Source: Clostridia bacterium (GTDB lineage Bacteria > Bacillota > Clostridia > Oscillospirales > Acutalibacteraceae). From it: 64,000 nucleotides of DNA. Below, piece by piece: positions 26,003-35,813 of this stretch. Position 1 is the first letter of the stretch, and each line of letters starts with the position of its first letter. A program made the translations under genes and the position numbers. The notes under the pieces were generated by a model. The model did not search any database. It saw nothing but the letters and a program-made list of their open reading frames with translations, and was not told where the DNA came from. Where the stretch lies: the NCBI GenBank assembly GCA_017407645.1, contig JAFQWE010000041.1, forward strand, positions 723-64,722. The letters run 5' to 3'.

Positions 26003-27070
26003 ATGAAAACCGTCTCTGTTGTTCCAACTATCAACGACTATTCGGCACGCTCATATCCCGTTGCAGATATATGTGATTACCTTAAGCTTTGCGGAAGATA
26101 TGATAAGCTCCCTCTTCCCGACAGTGACCAAATGGGTATCACTATGGACAACGCCTGCAACTATATGGGTTTTGTTGCCGATTGTGAGGGAGACGTAACC
26201 CTTGATATTAACATATATATTGACCAAAATAAGGATAAGTCCATGTGTGCTCGCTACTTTTCAATTTACGTTGACGGTGTAAAGCAACCTGGGCGCCCTT
26301 ATATTATAGGTGCATCCAAAGAGCATACCGATTGCACCCTTACTCTTGCAAGCGGTCTTGAAAAAGGCAAGCATTTGATTGAGGTATACCGCCAAAACGA
26401 GCCTTTAAAAGGCGCCATGATACTTAAAAGCATCAATATGAAGGGTGTACCCCTGATTGAAAAACCTGCTGACAAGGATTTGTATATTGAATTTGTAGGT
26501 GACTCTATTACCGCGGGCTACGGTAACTTGGCAGTCAAGGGAGTTGAAAACCCAGGTCATGCAAAAAACTCTGATGCTACATCTACTTATGCCTTTTTAA
26601 CTGCACAGGCGCTTAATGCCGATATTTCGGTGCTTTGCCGCAGTGGTATGGGATTTTCTCTTAAATCCATTCCTTTTGACGATTATTATACTCAAACCTG
26701 TCTTGTTGCCAGACCGGGTAAAAAGTACGTTTCAACTCGCGAGCCTGATATTGTGGTTATCAATTTGGGCACTAACGATAATGTTAGAACCGATATATCA
26801 GAAATCACTGAGTACACGCAAAAGGCTATTAAAACGGTCAGAGATTTTTATCCCAACTGCAAAATAGTTTGGGCTTACGGGCTTATGGGAATACACATTG
26901 AAAAAGAAATAAAAGCAGGTCTGGAAAAATGCGGTGGCGAGGCTAATAATATTTATTACTGCCAACTTAAAACCGACTATTCAGGCGGTGGCGGTCACAC
27001 CTCTGCCACAGGTCATATTGAAGGTGCAAAAGACCTTACAAAATTCCTTAAAATCAAAGGACTGGTTTAA
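26003..27070 (+). CDS. SGNH hydrolase, CE2-type esterase (paralogue without signal peptide)
   Basis: Collinear with 24685..25893, with the same SGNH blocks and the same KGLV C-terminus. ATG at 26003 after AGGGAG. Confidence 0.8.
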   Translation: MKTVSVVPTINDYSARSYPVADICDYLKLCGRYDKLPLPDSDQMGITMDNACNYMGFVADCEGDVTLDINIYIDQNKDKSMCARYFSIYVDGVKQPGRPYIIGASKEHTDCTLTLASGLEKGKHLIEVYRQNEPLKGAMILKSINMKGVPLIEKPADKDLYIEFVGDSITAGYGNLAVKGVENPGHAKNSDATSTYAFLTAQALNADISVLCRSGMGFSLKSIPFDDYYTQTCLVARPGKKYVSTREPDIVVINLGTNDNVRTDISEITEYTQKAIKTVRDFYPNCKIVWAYGLMGIHIEKEIKAGLEKCGGEANNIYYCQLKTDYSGGGGHTSATGHIEGAKDLTKFLKIKGLV

Positions 27071-28234
27071 GTGAGAATTTTTACTGTTGCCTATTTTAAT
27101 CGCAAAGACATTAGATTTAAAGACAACAAAGACATCATTGACAGTTGTCTTAAAGAGGTAGGCGTTAGTTATAACGGCATTGCTTTTTGTTCAGGTTATC
27201 ACGGCGAAAACGATGGTAAAAAGATTTTTGCCGCATTTCCTCAACTGAAAAAATATGACCAATTTGGTCGCAGATTTCTTGTTGGAAAACTGATCGGTTC
27301 TCCCCATCATTATTTGGCAAGTTATTCCCACGAGGATAATATTGATAATCCTGTATATATCGACCAAGAGGATGAAGAGGTTTTTTCTGCTTTTCTTAAA
27401 AAGGTACCGAGACCTTTTGGTTTTGGAGATATTACCGTCACCCTTGACAACATCGATTGGTATGGCGACGGCATCATCAATCCGCCTTTTTACAGAGATT
27501 ATAGGTTTGAGGTTGATGTTTACGGCTCCTATATACACAACTGCATCTCTTTTTGGAAAGAGGTGGGTTACGGCAACAAATATAACCCCATAACCGTTAT
27601 GGTTGAAAGGCGGTTTGACGATAAAGAAATGTTGCCTCTGCCCCCAAAATTTCTGCAGTTTTGCGACTTGCTTGGCAAGCATTACCTTGGGGCTGAGTTT
27701 TGCTATGATAAAGAAGAAGTAAAAATTAAACAAACAAAAGAGGCAGAAATAAAAGCAATAGTCAATGCCGACAAGGGTAAATATGATTATCTTTTTAACA
27801 ATTTAATGCTTTATAAAAACCTTTCGTTTGAAGAACATAAAAGTTTGACTATTTACCGAATACAGCCTGTTAAGGGTATTCCATTCAAAAAAATCTTCAT
27901 CGAAAAAGCCAAACGCACAGGCTACACGTACCATAGATGCGTTGAAGGAAATTACATCTTCACCAAGGTTGGCAAGTATGGGCATTGTTTTGAGGCAAGT
28001 TTAACAATACCGCCTTTTACCAATGAGTTTTTTGGTAATTTGATGGTATCAGGTTATAAATTCGGCATATTCATTTTACAAACCCCCAATATATATATTC
28101 GCTCACAGGAAGATGTTGAGGAATATGCAGAACTATTCTTTGCGGTAGTGGAAAAGGCAGAAAAAGAATATGAAGATATTCTCTTTGAAAAATTTGGCAG
28201 ACCGCCTGAGTGGTATTTAAAAAACAAGAGGTAA
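27071..28234 (+). CDS. hypothetical protein (387 aa, no recognised domain)
   Basis: GTG start immediately after the upstream TAA, with AAAGGA 9 nt upstream. Long ORF in the operon orientation. Confidence 0.55.
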   Translation: MRIFTVAYFNRKDIRFKDNKDIIDSCLKEVGVSYNGIAFCSGYHGENDGKKIFAAFPQLKKYDQFGRRFLVGKLIGSPHHYLASYSHEDNIDNPVYIDQEDEEVFSAFLKKVPRPFGFGDITVTLDNIDWYGDGIINPPFYRDYRFEVDVYGSYIHNCISFWKEVGYGNKYNPITVMVERRFDDKEMLPLPPKFLQFCDLLGKHYLGAEFCYDKEEVKIKQTKEAEIKAIVNADKGKYDYLFNNLMLYKNLSFEEHKSLTIYRIQPVKGIPFKKIFIEKAKRTGYTYHRCVEGNYIFTKVGKYGHCFEASLTIPPFTNEFFGNLMVSGYKFGIFILQTPNIYIRSQEDVEEYAELFFAVVEKAEKEYEDILFEKFGRPPEWYLKNKR

Positions 28235-28239
28235 TATTT

Positions 28240-29118
28240 ATGAAACTTAATGAAATAAACATTCGCGACCCATTTATTTTGCCTTACGGTGACAAGTACT
28301 ATATGTACGGCTCAAGGGTTGGCACACCCGATCCAAAAATCAAATGGAATTGGGGCGAGCAGACGGGCTTTGACGTTTATATCAGCACCGATTTAGAAAA
28401 TTGGAGCGAGGCTAAATCTGTTTTTGAAAAGCAAGAAGGCTTTTGGGGTGAGTATCACTTTTGGGCACCTGAAGTGCATTTATATAACGGCAAGTTTTAT
28501 ATGCTTGCTTCCTTTAAGGCGGACAACAAGTGCCGCGGCACTCACGTTTTAGTCTGTGATACTCCCGACGGCACCTTTACTCCCCTGTCGGACAAGCCTG
28601 CCACCCCTGAAGATTGGGAATGCCTTGACGGTACCCTTTACGTTGATAAAAAGGGCAAGCCTCATATCGTTTTCTGCCACGAATGGTTGCAGATTGACAA
28701 CGGTACCGTATGTGAAAGGACACTTGCCGACGATTTGTCAAAGGCGGTAAGCGAGCCAAGAGTTTTGTGGAGCGGTGCAGACCATCCCGACGTTTACGAG
28801 GCTTGCAAGGAAAGTGGCCACTACGTTACCGACGGGCCCTATCTTTACAAGTGCGAAAACGGAGATTTGATTTCTATTTGGTCATCCTTTGGGCTTAACG
28901 GCTACGCAGAGTTGATGTCAAAAAGCGACAACGGTGATATTGACGGCAACTGGACTGTTTTAGAAAAGCCTCTTTGGGCAGAAAACGGCGGTCACGGTAT
29001 GCTCTTTAAAGATTTTGACGGCAATTTGAACTTTGTTATGCACGTTCCAAACGATGCCACTTTTGAACGACCTGTGATAAAAAGAGTTTTTGATAAAGAC
29101 GGTACTTTGTCGGTTTAA
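28240..29118 (+). CDS. glycoside hydrolase family 43 protein
   Basis: NIRDPFILPYGDKYYMYGS and WAPEVHLYNGKFYM. ATG at 28240 after AGAGGT. Confidence 0.8.
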   Translation: MKLNEINIRDPFILPYGDKYYMYGSRVGTPDPKIKWNWGEQTGFDVYISTDLENWSEAKSVFEKQEGFWGEYHFWAPEVHLYNGKFYMLASFKADNKCRGTHVLVCDTPDGTFTPLSDKPATPEDWECLDGTLYVDKKGKPHIVFCHEWLQIDNGTVCERTLADDLSKAVSEPRVLWSGADHPDVYEACKESGHYVTDGPYLYKCENGDLISIWSSFGLNGYAELMSKSDNGDIDGNWTVLEKPLWAENGGHGMLFKDFDGNLNFVMHVPNDATFERPVIKRVFDKDGTLSV

Positions 29119-29129
29119 GGAGAGTTAAA

Positions 29130-29465
29130 ATGTACGACCCTATTGAAGAAATAATAAAAATTGCACCTTTTGAGGTTGAGCCATACTTTGAGGATTATCC
29201 CGACGTAATTGTTAAGATTTATTTGGAAGGTCCGCCTACCGATGAGCAGGTAGATGCTTTGATTGAATCGGTTGCCAAATTCCATAAAAAGTATAACTTT
29301 TGGCACATTAACCCCATTCATTACGTTTCTGAATTTGAATATGATGAGTATAACGAAATAAACTTTCATATTGATTTTGGCAATTGCCATCCCAACGTTA
29401 CTTTGGGTCTTGCAAAGGCGATAATCAATGCAAAATTGCCCATTGTTAAAGTAATTTTTGAATAA
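29130..29465 (+). CDS. hypothetical small acidic protein (111 aa)
   Basis: AAGGAGAG RBS. No family recognised. Confidence 0.55.
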   Translation: MYDPIEEIIKIAPFEVEPYFEDYPDVIVKIYLEGPPTDEQVDALIESVAKFHKKYNFWHINPIHYVSEFEYDEYNEINFHIDFGNCHPNVTLGLAKAIINAKLPIVKVIFE

Positions 29466-29475
29466 GGTGACCATT

Positions 29476-30840
29476 ATGAAAATTATCAAATCCATTCCTG
29501 CACAAAAGGTATTTTTTAAGGAAGAAGTTATTGCCGACGGCAACGAGCGTGTTGGCATTGAAAGAACTGTTGTTAACCTTTTTGACGAGGTTGAATATCA
29601 GCAGATGCAAGGCTTTGGCGGTGCCTTTACAGAGTCATCGGCATACATATATTCATTGCTATCCCCCCCTCAAAAGACTGACTTTTTAGAAAAGTATTTT
29701 AGCCGCGAAAAAGGTATTGGCTACAACTTTGGCAGAACTCACATTAACAGTTGTGATTTTTCAATTGATATTTACAGTTATGTTGATGAGGGGGACGAAA
29801 CTCTTGAAAGCTTCTCTCTTGAGCGCGACCGCAAGTACATCATTCCTTTTTTAAAGGACGCACTTAACTACTGCAAAGAGGAGATTGTTCTTTTTGCATC
29901 CCCTTGGTCTCCCCCTGCTTATATGAAGAATAACGGCAGTGTGCTTAAGGGTGGCAGTCTTAAAGAGGAGTATAAAACCCTGTGGGCAAAGTATTACGCC
30001 CGTTATATCAAAGAAATGGCAAAAGAGGGTATCACAATCTCTGCCATTAGTGTGCAAAACGAGCCTATCGCCGTACAGACTTGGGAAAGCTGCTACTACT
30101 CCCCCGATGATGAGCGCGAATTTATTGAGCGTTACCTTGCTCCTGTGCTTGAAAGCGAGGGGCTTGGTGACATTAAAATAATCGTTTGGGACCACAACAA
30201 AGAACGTGTTTATGACCGCGCTAAAAAGATATTCCAATCACCCGCAGTTAAAGAAAAAGTGTGGGGTATCGGTCATCATTGGTATTCAGGTGACCATTTT
30301 GACGGCATTCGCATTGCTTACGAGCAGTTCGGCAAAACTATGATTAGTTCTGAAATTTGTTGCCCCATTACCGAGGACAGTATATCTGCCGCCGAGCGTT
30401 ACGGCAAAGAGTTGAGCAATGATTTTAACAATTTTACAGCCGCTTTTTGCGATTGGAACTTGTTGCTTGACACCTTTGGCGGTCCTTATCACAACCGCTA
30501 CTCTACCGCTACGAGCGGCGCAGGTGTTGTGTATGAAGACAAGTCCAAGGGATGCTATGCTCCCGTGCTTTTTGACACCGAAAAGAAAGAGCTTATTTAC
30601 ACCCCCATTTATTACTATATCGGTCATTTTTCAAAATTTGTGCAAAAGGGTGCATACCGTATCGGAACCACCAAATACTGCGAGCAAATTCTTGCAACGG
30701 GCTTTAAAAATCCCGACGGCAGTCTTGCTCTTGTGGTGCAAAACTGCGCTGACTGCGATATGCGAATCACTATCCGTCACAATAACGTTTGCACTGCACT
30801 TGACCTTGAGGCACACTCAATTATAACTGCGATTTTGTAA
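29476..30840 (+). CDS. glycoside hydrolase family 30 (glucosylceramidase/xylanase-type)
   Basis: MQGFGGAFTESSAY and ISVQNEP. ATG at 29476 after AAGGTGA. Confidence 0.85.
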   Translation: MKIIKSIPAQKVFFKEEVIADGNERVGIERTVVNLFDEVEYQQMQGFGGAFTESSAYIYSLLSPPQKTDFLEKYFSREKGIGYNFGRTHINSCDFSIDIYSYVDEGDETLESFSLERDRKYIIPFLKDALNYCKEEIVLFASPWSPPAYMKNNGSVLKGGSLKEEYKTLWAKYYARYIKEMAKEGITISAISVQNEPIAVQTWESCYYSPDDEREFIERYLAPVLESEGLGDIKIIVWDHNKERVYDRAKKIFQSPAVKEKVWGIGHHWYSGDHFDGIRIAYEQFGKTMISSEICCPITEDSISAAERYGKELSNDFNNFTAAFCDWNLLLDTFGGPYHNRYSTATSGAGVVYEDKSKGCYAPVLFDTEKKELIYTPIYYYIGHFSKFVQKGAYRIGTTKYCEQILATGFKNPDGSLALVVQNCADCDMRITIRHNNVCTALDLEAHSIITAIL

Positions 30841-30851
30841 GAGGTGCTTTT

Positions 30852-31736
30852 ATGACCTACAAACTTAAAACTGCTCTGTCATACTCGGCAATTGTGCTTT
30901 CCGCCTTACTTTTAGCAGTGAACTATCACATTTTTATTGTTGAAAATCACTTTGCTCCTGCAGGGCTAAACGGCATTGCCACTATGATTCAGTACAAAAC
31001 GGGATTTAGCATAAGTTATATGTCGCTTATCATCAATATCCCCCTTTGTTTACTTGCCTATTTTTTGGTTGAGCGACAGTTTGCCGTTAAAACTCTTGTT
31101 TTTTCGTTGGTTTACTCTTTTGCATATTTGTTTTTGCAACAAACAAACACCTCCTTTTTGCAGTATAATGCAGGCGGTCACGACACCATTTTTCCCGTTA
31201 TTATAAGCGGTGTTATATCCGGTGTAGTGTACGGGCTTTGTTTTCATAACAATGCTTCAACAGGCGGCACAGATGTTCTTTCACGCTATATTAACAAGGT
31301 TAATCCTGCCACAAACTTCTTTTTGATTACCTTTACCCTTAATGCATTTGTGGCATTTATCTCTCTTTTTGTTTACTCCGAAGGCGGATATGCCGATTAC
31401 AAGCCTGTTGCACTTTGTATCACCTATTGTTTTATTTCTAATTTTATGGGCAACTACATCATTAAGGGTACCAAAACCGCTTACAAATTTACCGTTATCA
31501 CCACCCACGCCGATGAAATTTCAGAGCGCATTGCAACCGAGCTTAAACACAGCGCAACAAAAATTGATGCAGTGGGCGCCTTCTCAAAAAACAATAAAAA
31601 CCTTCTTATTTGTGTTGTTAACAAGCATCAGCTTGTTGATTTTAAAAAGATAATCGCAGATTTTGATAACACCTTTGCATTTTGCGAAATGGTTAACGAA
31701 ACCTATGGCAACTTTAAACATATTAAAAAGCAATAA
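30852..31736 (+). CDS. YitT family membrane protein
   Basis: APAGLNGIATMIQYKTGFSISYMSLIINIPL plus a C-terminal DUF2179-like part. Confidence 0.75.
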   Translation: MTYKLKTALSYSAIVLSALLLAVNYHIFIVENHFAPAGLNGIATMIQYKTGFSISYMSLIINIPLCLLAYFLVERQFAVKTLVFSLVYSFAYLFLQQTNTSFLQYNAGGHDTIFPVIISGVISGVVYGLCFHNNASTGGTDVLSRYINKVNPATNFFLITFTLNAFVAFISLFVYSEGGYADYKPVALCITYCFISNFMGNYIIKGTKTAYKFTVITTHADEISERIATELKHSATKIDAVGAFSKNNKNLLICVVNKHQLVDFKKIIADFDNTFAFCEMVNETYGNFKHIKKQ

Positions 31737-31778
31737 AAATTTGCCGTAAAAGAAAATATTATTTACTACTTAATCCAA

Positions 31779-31807
31779 TTGACAAAAGTCGACAGATACT
31801 ATATAAT
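31779..31807 (+). promoter_or_regulatory. consensus sigma-A promoter of the pfl leader
   Basis: TTGACA (31779..31784), 17 nt, TATAAT (31802..31807). Confidence 0.65.
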
Positions 31808-31816
31808 AAGATAAAG

Positions 31817-31888
31817 CTTTTACATGACTGACGGATTTCGCGGGATACCGCGGTGAAGTGTAAAAAGCATATGCCGACCGTCTGGGCA
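31817..31888 (+). ncRNA. ZTP (pfl-motif) riboswitch
   Basis: P1 cuuuuaca/uguaaaa. Junction UGACUGACGGA. P2 cgcgg-gaua-ccgcg. 3' element CCGACCGUCUGGGCA. The pseudoknot GACGG (31830..31834) pairs with CCGUC (31878..31882). It resembles the consensus ...GACUGGCG...CCGCCUGGGCA with compensatory changes. Confidence 0.8.
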
Positions 31889-31923
31889 AACGAGTTCATT
31901 TAAGAGCTGGTTTGCCCTTTTTT
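31884..31923 (+). terminator. riboswitch expression-platform terminator
   Basis: gggcaaac...gtttgccc plus T6. The 5' arm overlaps the conserved UGGGCA of the aptamer. Confidence 0.75.
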
Positions 31924-31956
31924 GTTTGGCAAATTCGGCGGTAAAGGAGAGTTTTT

Positions 31957-34188
31957 ATGACACATGAAAATTGGAATGGTTTTAAAGGCGGCGCTTGGCA
32001 AAACGAGATAAACGTGCGCGACTTTATACAGCTTAATTATAAAGAGTACAAGGGTGACGCAAGCTTTCTTGCAGGCGCAACCCAGCGTACAAGCTCTGTT
32101 ATGAGCAAGGTGCAAGAGCTTTTTAAGCTTGAAAGACAAAAGGGTGGCGTGCTTGACGTGGATGAAAACACTGTTTCATCCCTTACAAGCTTTGCACCCG
32201 GATATATTGATAAAGACAGTGAACTTATTGTGGGTATGCAGACCGACAGTCCTCTTAAGCGCGGAGTTAATCCCTTTGGCGGTATCAGAATGGCTCGTCA
32301 GGCTTGTGCCGCCTACGGCTACCGTCTGAGCGACAAGGTTGAGGACGAATTCAAATTCCGCACTACCCATAACGACGGCGTTTTCCGTGTTTACACCGAT
32401 GAAATGCGCGCCGCAAGAAAGTGCCACGTTATTACAGGCTTGCCCGACGCTTACGGTCGCGGCAGAATTATCGGTGACTATCGCCGCGTGGCTCTTTACG
32501 GCGTTGACCGACTGATTGAAGAAAAGAAAAAGGACAAGGCTGCCTTGGCAGAGGTTGATTTCACTGTTGAAAGCGCCCGTCTGTCTGAAGAATTGTATCA
32601 ACAAATTACATTCTTGGGCTATTTAAAAGAAATGGCGGCTATGTATGGCTATGATATAAGCCAACCTGCAAGCAATGCCCGTGAGGCTATTCAGTGGACC
32701 TATTTCGCCTACCTTGCCTCTATTAAAGAGCAAAACGGCGCCGCTATGTCTCTTGGCAGAGTTGCCACCTTCTTTGACATTTATATTGAGCGGGATATGG
32801 CTGAAGGCACCCTTACCGAAGAGGGCGCACAGGAGCTTATGGACGATTTTGTAATTAAACTGCGTATTGCCCGTCATCTGCGCACCCCCGAATACAACGA
32901 GCTTTTCGGCGGTGACCCAATGTGGATTACCGAATCGGTTGGCGGTATGGGTAAAGACGGCAGAACTCTTGTTACCAAAAGCTCTTTCCGTATGCTTAAC
33001 ACCCTTTACACCCTTGGTCCTTCACCTGAGCCAAATCTGACTATTTTATGGTCACAAGGCTTGCCTCAAGGCTTTAAGAGCTTTTGCGCAAAGGTATCGG
33101 AAGACACCGACTCCATTCAGTACGAAAATGACGACGTTATGCGTGAGTATCACGGCGATGACTACGCCATTGCTTGCTGTGTTTCAGCAATGGAAATCGG
33201 CAAACAGATGCAGTTTTTCGGCGCAAGATGCAATCTTGCCAAGCTACTCCTTATTGCCATTAACGGTGGTTTTGATACCACAAGCGGTATGCATATCGGT
33301 CCTCAGATGCCTGTTATGGATGGGGATACTCTTGACTTTGACAAGGTTATGGAGCGTTATGATATTTACATTCAGTGGATTAGCAAGCTCTATGTTAACA
33401 CTATGAACCTTATCCACTATATGCATGACAAGTATGCCTATGAAAAAATCCAGATGGCTCTTCACGATACTCAGGTTGAGCGCCTTATGGCATTTGGTAT
33501 TGCAGGACTTTCGGTTGTTGCCGATTCGCTGTCTGCCATTAAATATGCCAAGGTTACTCCTGTTAAGGACGAGTTGGGCTATATCGTTGACTTTAAGCGT
33601 GAGGGTGACTTCCCCAAATATGGCAACGATGACGACAGAGTTGACAGTATCGCAAAGGATATGACCCACAGGGTTATTACCGAGCTTCGCAAGACTCCTG
33701 CGTACAGAAATGCTATTCACACCCTTTCGGTGCTTACCATTACCTCTAACGTTATGTATGGCAAAAACACAGGCGCTACCCCCGACGGCAGACCTGCAAG
33801 TGCTCCTTTTGCTCCCGGTGCCAATCCTATGCATAATCGGGAGGAAAACGGCGCTCTTGCCTCTCTCAACTCGGTGGCAAAGCTTAAATATGAGGATTGC
33901 CGTGACGGTATTTCAAACACATTCTCTATCACTCCCGATGCATTGGGCAAAACTGAGGAAGAGAGAAATGCCAATCTGGTTGCCATTCTTGACGGATATT
34001 TTGCCAAGAGGGCTCATCACATTAACGTTAACGTGCTTAACCGCGAAACACTGATTAAGGCTTACGAAAATCCTGAGGATTATCCCAATCTTACCATTCG
34101 CGTTTCGGGCTATGCAGTAAACTTTAACAAGCTTTCCCGCGAGCAACAGCGTGAGGTTATCTCTCGCACCTTCCACCAAAGCGTATGA
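31957..34188 (+). CDS. pflB: pyruvate formate-lyase (formate C-acetyltransferase)
   Basis: IACCVS Cys-Cys loop, TPDGR, glycyl loop RVSGYAVNF. Confidence 0.95.
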   Translation: MTHENWNGFKGGAWQNEINVRDFIQLNYKEYKGDASFLAGATQRTSSVMSKVQELFKLERQKGGVLDVDENTVSSLTSFAPGYIDKDSELIVGMQTDSPLKRGVNPFGGIRMARQACAAYGYRLSDKVEDEFKFRTTHNDGVFRVYTDEMRAARKCHVITGLPDAYGRGRIIGDYRRVALYGVDRLIEEKKKDKAALAEVDFTVESARLSEELYQQITFLGYLKEMAAMYGYDISQPASNAREAIQWTYFAYLASIKEQNGAAMSLGRVATFFDIYIERDMAEGTLTEEGAQELMDDFVIKLRIARHLRTPEYNELFGGDPMWITESVGGMGKDGRTLVTKSSFRMLNTLYTLGPSPEPNLTILWSQGLPQGFKSFCAKVSEDTDSIQYENDDVMREYHGDDYAIACCVSAMEIGKQMQFFGARCNLAKLLLIAINGGFDTTSGMHIGPQMPVMDGDTLDFDKVMERYDIYIQWISKLYVNTMNLIHYMHDKYAYEKIQMALHDTQVERLMAFGIAGLSVVADSLSAIKYAKVTPVKDELGYIVDFKREGDFPKYGNDDDRVDSIAKDMTHRVITELRKTPAYRNAIHTLSVLTITSNVMYGKNTGATPDGRPASAPFAPGANPMHNREENGALASLNSVAKLKYEDCRDGISNTFSITPDALGKTEEERNANLVAILDGYFAKRAHHINVNVLNRETLIKAYENPEDYPNLTIRVSGYAVNFNKLSREQQREVISRTFHQSV

Positions 34189-34907
34189 TTGGCAGAGTTC
34201 ATTCTATTCAAAGTCTCGGCACCGTTGACGGACCGGGCGTGCGCTTTGTAGTCTTTATGCAAGGGTGTCCTTTAAGGTGCAAGTGTTGTCACAACCCTGA
34301 CACCTGGGATTTTGAGGGGGGCGATGAATACACTGCACAGGAATTAGTCCAAAAGGCAAAAAGGTACCGCGAATATTTCGGTGATGAAGGCGGAATTACC
34401 CTATCGGGTGGTGAACCTCTTATGCAGTCGGAGTTTTGCAGTGAGGTTTTTAAGCTTTGTCACGATGAGGGTATTAACACCTGCCTTGACACTTCGGGTG
34501 TAGTGCTAAACGATGCCGTTAAACAGTTGCTTTGCCACACTGACAGGGTACTGCTTGACCTTAAATATTGCGATGATGACTTGTACCGTCAAAACGTTGG
34601 GTGTTCTATTGATGCTCCCCTTGAATTTTTGGAATATCTTAATGAAAAGGGCATTCCCACTACCCTTCGGCAAGTTATAATCCCTTCTGTAAACGACGAT
34701 GAGCAGAGCGTTTTGATGCTTAAAGAGACGGTTAACCGTTATCCTTGTGTTGATAAGGTTGAATTGCTTCCCTTTAAAAAGATTTGTCAGGTTAAATATG
34801 ACGATATGGATATCCCATTTCCCTTTAGTCATCTGCCCGAACCCAGCAACAGCAAAATGGCAGAGTTAGAAGAAGTTATAAATAGCAAAACCGTCACTTC
34901 AAACTGA
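34185..34907 (+). CDS. pflA: pyruvate formate-lyase activating enzyme
   Basis: Radical [19 protein letters not shown] overlap with the pflB stop. Confidence 0.95.
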   Translation: MIGRVHSIQSLGTVDGPGVRFVVFMQGCPLRCKCCHNPDTWDFEGGDEYTAQELVQKAKRYREYFGDEGGITLSGGEPLMQSEFCSEVFKLCHDEGINTCLDTSGVVLNDAVKQLLCHTDRVLLDLKYCDDDLYRQNVGCSIDAPLEFLEYLNEKGIPTTLRQVIIPSVNDDEQSVLMLKETVNRYPCVDKVELLPFKKICQVKYDDMDIPFPFSHLPEPSNSKMAELEEVINSKTVTSN

Positions 34908-34919
34908 AGTGACGGTTTT
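34887..34919. terminator. perfect 15-bp palindromic terminator shared by convergent pflA and rbsK, overlapping both stop codons
   Basis: aaaaccgtcacttca-aac-tgaagtgacggtttt. Confidence 0.75.
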
Positions 34920-35813
34920 ATCATTATCCAAATCCAAATTTTGAACTTCATCCTTAAAAGGAATTGAAGATGAGGCTCCTTTTCTTGAAACGGCTATAGC
35001 AGAGGCTTTTGAGGCAATATTCAATGCTGATTTAACGTCGTTTCCCTGTGTAATTGCTGACATAAAATAACCTGTAAAGGTGTCTCCTGCGGCTGTTGTA
35101 TCCACCGCCTTAACTTTGTATATGGGGTGGCTTACAATTTGGGTTGAATCCCTATATACACAGCCCTTTTCACCAAGCGTAAGAATTATGGCACTGTAGG
35201 GATACTGCTTTATAAAATTATCGGTAATTTGTTTTGCTTCTTTGCCGCCAAACAGCGCTTCGCCCTCTATCTCGTTACAAAACCACCATTTAACGTATGA
35301 CAGTGGCAATTTATTTATATCTTTATGGTAAGGAGATGGATTGAAGGCTATTTGCATCTTCTTTTCGTGCGCAATTTCAAAGGCTACATCTATATTGCTT
35401 ACTTCGTTTTGAAGAAGCAACACGTCTCCTTCCTTTGCATCGGACAGAAAGTCTTCAATATAAGCCTTATCAACAAGTCCGTTTGTGCCTGAAAAGAGCA
35501 AAATACAATTTTGCCCCTTTTTATCCACCTGAATAATAGCGTGACCGCAACTGCCGTCTAACCTTGAGATTTTGCTTATATCCACACCAACAGCAGACAT
35601 ATTTTCAAGCAAAAATTCACCCTCATTACCCACAACGGCACCGTGAACAACCTTTGCGCCTGCCTTTGCCAAAGCGATGGATTGGTTAAGTCCTTTACCT
35701 CCGGGAAACACCTCTAATTTATTTGATGACAAGGTTTCACCTGCCGATACAAAATGGTCCACCTGATAAACGTAGTCAATATTTAATGAGCCAAGATTAT
35801 ATATTCTGTTCAT
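34899..35813 (-). CDS. rbsK: ribokinase (PfkB family)
   Basis: FPGGKGLNQSIA and DTTAAGDTFTGYF. Confidence 0.85.
   Translation of the reverse strand: MNRIYNLGSLNIDYVYQVDHFVSAGETLSSNKLEVFPGGKGLNQSIALAKAGAKVVHGAVVGNEGEFLLENMSAVGVDISKISRLDGSCGHAIIQVDKKGQNCILLFSGTNGLVDKAYIEDFLSDAKEGDVLLLQNEVSNIDVAFEIAHEKKMQIAFNPSPYHKDINKLPLSYVKWWFCNEIEGEALFGGKEAKQITDNFIKQYPYSAIILTLGEKGCVYRDSTQIVSHPIYKVKAVDTTAAGDTFTGYFMSAITQGNDVKSALNIASKASAIAVSRKGASSSIPFKDEVQNLDLDNDKTVTSV

Noticed and set aside
25994-28234. The esterase paralogue and the 387-aa unknown share a reading frame separated by a single TAA, raising the possibility of stop-codon readthrough or a split gene.
   Set aside because: The lipoprotein paralogue ends at the homologous ...KGLV position, so the stop is the natural end of the esterase domain. 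Same-frame adjacency has a one-in-three chance.
33244-33834. Large antisense ORFs inside pflB, clpC, the isomerase gene and others (e.g. 33244..33834, 5153..5707, 15115..15480, 27191..27733).
   Set aside because: These are shadow ORFs opposite strongly supported genes. They have no RBS and no recognisable families.
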